DNA of 64,000 nucleotides from Lytechinus pictus. Lineage: Eukaryota. The stretch spans positions 14,014,001 to 14,078,000 of the forward strand of contig NC_087251.1 in the NCBI RefSeq assembly GCF_037042905.1. The letters are read 5' to 3'. Below are positions 61,900 through 64,000 of the stretch, piece after piece. The position numbers were made by a program, and so were the translations under genes. Within the stretch, counting starts at the first letter, position 1. The number at the start of each line of letters is the position of its first letter. Below the pieces are notes generated by a model that saw nothing but the letters and a program-made list of their open reading frames with translations, made no database searches and was not told the DNA's origin.

Positions 61900-62765
61900 C
61901 AACCAGTCCTAAGACAGGTCTCTGTACATGTAGGTCGCTTGCACATGTGCAAGTGTTGCACGACCTCCAGTCAAGTAAATGCGACTACTTAGTTGTGCCA
62001 ACTCTCGCACCAAGTCGTACAACGTTGAACAACACTCGCACGATGATCGCCCGACCGATGGTACGACCCCGGGTACGGCCTGATGCGAGTGAATCGATCG
62101 TATTTGATCGCGTTCGGATTTTGAACATGTTCAAAGTTCAGATGTGACCAGTCACGACCACCTCGAGTTCGTGCGACCGTCTACAACGACTGCGAGTGCT
62201 CGCAAGACACCAAGAGATCGATCGTGCAACAACAAGAAAAAACTGTTGCAGGCAGTCGTAAACTGGTCGGACGTCAATTGTGAAAGGGGCTGAACGGTCG
62301 CATACATGCGAATGCAACGGTAGTGGAATGTAGTAAGCCGTAGTTTCGATCGGTCTTGCAACAGTCTCATATTATCGCACCCAGTCGCAAGACTGGTCTC
62401 TGTAGGTCTCCAGCACATGTGCAAGTGTTGTACGACCTCCAGTCGACTAAATGCGACTATACTTAGTTGTGCCACCTCTCGCACCAAGTCGTACAACGTT
62501 GAACAACACTCACACGATGATCGCCCGACCGATGGTACGACCTGTTGCGAGTGAATCAATCGTATTTGATCGCGTTTGGATTTTGAACATGTTCAAAGTT
62601 CAGATGCGACCAGTCACGATCACCTCCGACCACCTCGAGTTTGTGCGATCGTCTACAACGACTGCGAGTGCTCGCAAGACACCATGGGATCGATCGTGCA
62701 ACAACAAGAAAAAACTGTTGCAGGTGGTCGTAAACAGGTCGTACGTCAATTGTGAAAGGGGCTTA
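61900..62765 (+). repeat. Two diverged tandem copies (~470-bp offset) of a CGA/TCG-rich Harbinger-like MITE end
   Basis: 61915-62292 resembles 62391-62765; both end GTCAATTGTGAAAGGGGCT(G/T)A. Confidence 0.8.
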
Positions 62766-63034
62766 TCGACTGGTCCACGATGCGATTATGGAACAAATTA
62801 CATGTTACTAATTTTCTAAAAAAATGTGAATAAAAAATATCTCTTCGTTTGAGGTCGAAATTAACTGAAAGAATACTAATATAGCAATTTTGGATGATTA
62901 TACAAGCCTTTATTTTAGAGCAAAGTCGTAATTAGTTTCAAATTGTTGCCAGTCGTACGATTGCTATGACATCTAGATTTACTTTTATTCTAATAAGGAT
63001 GATAGCATAGTCACAGATTTCTACAATTTTCGTA

Positions 63035-63274
63035 CACTAAAAAATATTGGGTAAAATTTTTACCACCACGAGGGTAATTATGTGTCCAACCAATTTTGGG
63101 CAGTATTTTACCCATTATTGTCCAGTAAAGTTAAAAAAATAAGCAGCAATTGCGGTAGAATGGGCAAAATTTTCATCACACTGGATAAATAAAAATGCCC
63201 AAAAGAAATGCACAATGTTGGTTGCACACATAATTACCCTCATGTAGCACTTTACCCAAAATATTTTTAGAGTG
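63035..63274. mobile_element. CACTA/EnSpm-like MITE (240 bp)
   Basis: CACTAAAAAATATTGGGTAAA / TTTACCCAAAATATTTTTAGAGTG, flanked by TA. Confidence 0.72.
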
Positions 63275-64000
63275 TACGATGATAAGGTATTCCATATTAG
63301 CATCAAATTCTTCTACGTTTTATTCCAAAATCAGGTCGCAGATCAATCATAAGGTGTGCAGTGGCCTTTACACATGATGCATGTATTCATGCACGCTTTC
63401 TCATCAATCAGGTAAAACTTACAAACATCTCAATATTCCCTGATCAAAAATGCTAAGAGGAAATAAATAAACGAGGTATATGAACTGTATGACTCGTTTA
63501 CGTGATACCAGGTAGTAAATCAAAATTTATTATAAAATCACTATTCGTTATAAATAGTGACGATATGCAGGTACATGCAGATGTAAGTGTAGATTAGTAT
63601 ATATAATATATATAATTCATATAGGTCTCTCCGTGGCGATAAATAAGCGACATTTGATATGATTGTTCAAAAATATCAGTCCCCCTCCCCCCCCCCCGTT
63701 TACGGTAATTATGCAGGAAACGAGAAATGGCAATAGGTAAAACAGAAAAGTGTAGGGGGAGTGTAAATAAGGGCACATTTTTTTATAATGCCAATTACAT
63801 CTTTTAATGTAAAGCAGTGGAAACATGATTAGATGCCTATTACTATAGAGTAGACCGACATTATCCATTGGAAATATTATAACTAACCAGCCTAATTTGC
63901 ATATTAATGAGCCATAAACATTTTTTGTCGGATGGCCTTATTTGCCCTACTGAAATGAGGCAATTGAGGCCGCCTGATTAAAATCTATTTTATGTTTCTG

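Noticed and set aside
63418..63502. Minus-strand frame RKRVIQFIYLVYLFPLSIFDQGILRC as the missing TM1 exon
   Set aside because: It resembles TM1 superficially, but the GTAAGT donor falls in phase 2 while the next exon needs phase 1; the hydrophobicity is explained by the pyrimidine tract.

Overview
Eukaryotic, AT-rich and repeat-dense DNA. The repeat types suggest a marine invertebrate such as a sea urchin, but that is inference. One host gene is visible: a minus-strand, multi-exon SLC18A-family (VMAT/VAChT-like) MFS transporter. Thirteen GT-AG coding exons (54895 down to the stop at 17132) join in frame; the TM1 exon was not found. The protein is intact, but several conserved amine/proton-binding residues are changed. 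The window opens with the 5' part of an apparently intact L1/Tx1-clade retrotransposon (zinc-knuckle ORF1 plus the start of an APE-endonuclease ORF2) next to a ~27-bp satellite. Most of the rest is non-autonomous DNA transposons, often nested: two Transib-like elements with RSS-like CACAGTG ends and CGGCG TSDs, many hAT MITEs with 8-bp TSDs, Harbinger, Tc1/mariner, Kolobok and CACTA-like MITEs, a Helentron-type element with a 154-bp array, a 6.9-kb Academ-like element with a fragmented transposase relic, a 2.8-kb foldback structure and LINE fragments. No rRNA, tRNA or CRISPR was seen. All alignments were done by eye and reference residues are recalled from memory.
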